A stretch of DNA of 64,000 nucleotides from assembly GCA_010093705.1 (NCBI GenBank), contig MU006090.1, positions 1,453,817 to 1,517,816 on the forward strand. Direction: 5' to 3'. How positions within the stretch are numbered: position 1 is the first letter of the stretch; every line of letters begins with the position of its first letter. The DNA is from Patellaria atrata CBS 101060. Lineage: Eukaryota. Shown piece by piece: positions 62,601 through 64,000 of the stretch. Position numbers and translations under genes: made by a program. Below the pieces are notes generated by a model. It was given only the letters and a program-made list of their open reading frames with translations, made no database searches and was not told where the DNA came from.

Positions 62601-64000
62601 CCCGAAGTTCAGAACGTAGTACTACTAAGGTACTGTGAGCCTACCTTACAGGGCAGAGTCTAGAGCCAGAAAAAGGTAAGTCCCGAGATGTACTATACAC
62701 GAGTCGACAATTTTCTCTGTCTACTTGGAGACAGGAATACAGGACAGGCACTTTGATGATAGTCTGTATAAATGCTCACCTTTCGGGGATCAGGGGCTTC
62801 CCGGTCAAAGATGCATGGATGATAACCTTCTCTTCGTTCTAGAAAAGAACTGCACAACGCCAACCGATCGCTCAAATCACGGGCAGATCCTTGCTTGACG
62901 CAATTGCTCGCTTCCCCATCTTAGCCTTACTTTAACCCAGAATGACACTAGCAGAAATGCAGAGAAGCGTCAGCTAACTCTCAGCTTCCTGCATCCCCTT
63001 GATCCCACTCGCTTTCTCTCCTCCTCTCAAAAAGATTATCCTCTCATCTGCTCGTGCTTATTAGATTCCTGCGTTACGCAAGGCACATATCCATTTACCA
63101 TTTACCCATTAGACAGTTGCCTAAGGCATGTCGGGTCCTGGCCGCTGGTCGATACCCAATCTATACAAGTACCGTACTTGTATATACAGCGATCAGAGAG
63201 TGCATGGGTTGGCAATCTAGTACTGTATCTTCGCTACCAAGCGAGCGAGATCATCGACAGCATCCTCCGAATTCCAGCTGACGATGCGACTCCTGATGAC
63301 CGTCACACAATGTTTGTCGTCGTCACGTTGTGCGGTTATAGTTGTCTGTCCGAACGGAGACTCCGGGAAATGCGCAGCGGAAACTAAAGACCGATTGTGT
63401 AATTGAGTTCCCCTAAGCTATTCTCCGCCCGTTGGCTCCCTTCAGAACGTTTTTGTGACCGGTTGTAGAAAGAGAGGTTCGATACCAACGGAATCCATCC
63501 GGCACGGCAGGGCCGTATAGAACTAAGGATACACTGGGGGACAAACTGACCCCCTGCAGTCCTCGATCACCAAGCTGGAGATACGAGCCGTAACCCTTGT
63601 TCGATACCGACGGCGGAGCGCCACAGTAATTCAATTGATCCTCTATCCGTTCGGCTCTTCTGATACTTGTCAAAATCGAACTCCAGCTGCGGCCTCAAAC
63701 TTATCGATGCTCAATTACAGCGAGCGCTAAGCTACATGTCCTCCATGGTGTCTCCAACATAGGCTGAACATTCACCAAATGGTGAGAGTATTGTGGCACC
63801 GCGCTGACTCACTCTACTAGGATAGAAATTGGTAACTTTGCTTTCCATGCACAGCAAATGACCCGGTAGTAAGCCTAATGAGCAAACATACATCCGGTGC
63901 GGCGCCCTCTGAAACATAAGAAAGAGATGCTCATGGTCTTGAATATTGCAGAAAGAACACATTTACTGGATTTTTGGGACAATGTCCTCTCTTTAAATCA

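Noticed and set aside
1..64000. tRNA, rRNA, snRNA or telomeric repeat arrays
   Set aside because: No cloverleaf with A/B boxes, rRNA-like sequence, snRNA consensus or (TTAGGG)n run was recognised. tRNAscan-SE/Infernal would be needed to exclude them formally.

Overview
Gene-dense segment of a filamentous ascomycete (Pezizomycotina, possibly Dothideomycete) nuclear genome, with short GT-AG introns and CTAAC/CTGAC branch points. About 23 protein-coding loci can be supported. Most are housekeeping genes: PIR cell-wall protein, TPR protein, HAD phosphatase, Leu5, Rtt107, Vps25, Rsc7/Npl6, SF3A2, TBCE, Vps26, gluconokinase, BCKDH E2, HIT protein, I78 inhibitor, Ric1, Tim54 and two transcription-factor-like genes. 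Accessory material is interleaved: an orphan GT-B/GT9-like gene in a gene-poor island with a TA-flanked MITE, a tocopherol-cyclase-like gene, a probably inactive membrane aspartyl-protease homologue, and a BTB pseudogene beside a 34-bp palindromic tandem array. Other signals are a GC-AG intron in the splicing factor SF3A2 and about ten strand-symmetric C-rich-to-G-rich compositional switches that ignore gene orientation. No rRNA, tRNA or CRISPR array was recognised. Multi-exon CDS coordinates span the first to last coding base and were spliced by eye. Family assignments come from motif recall, not database searches.
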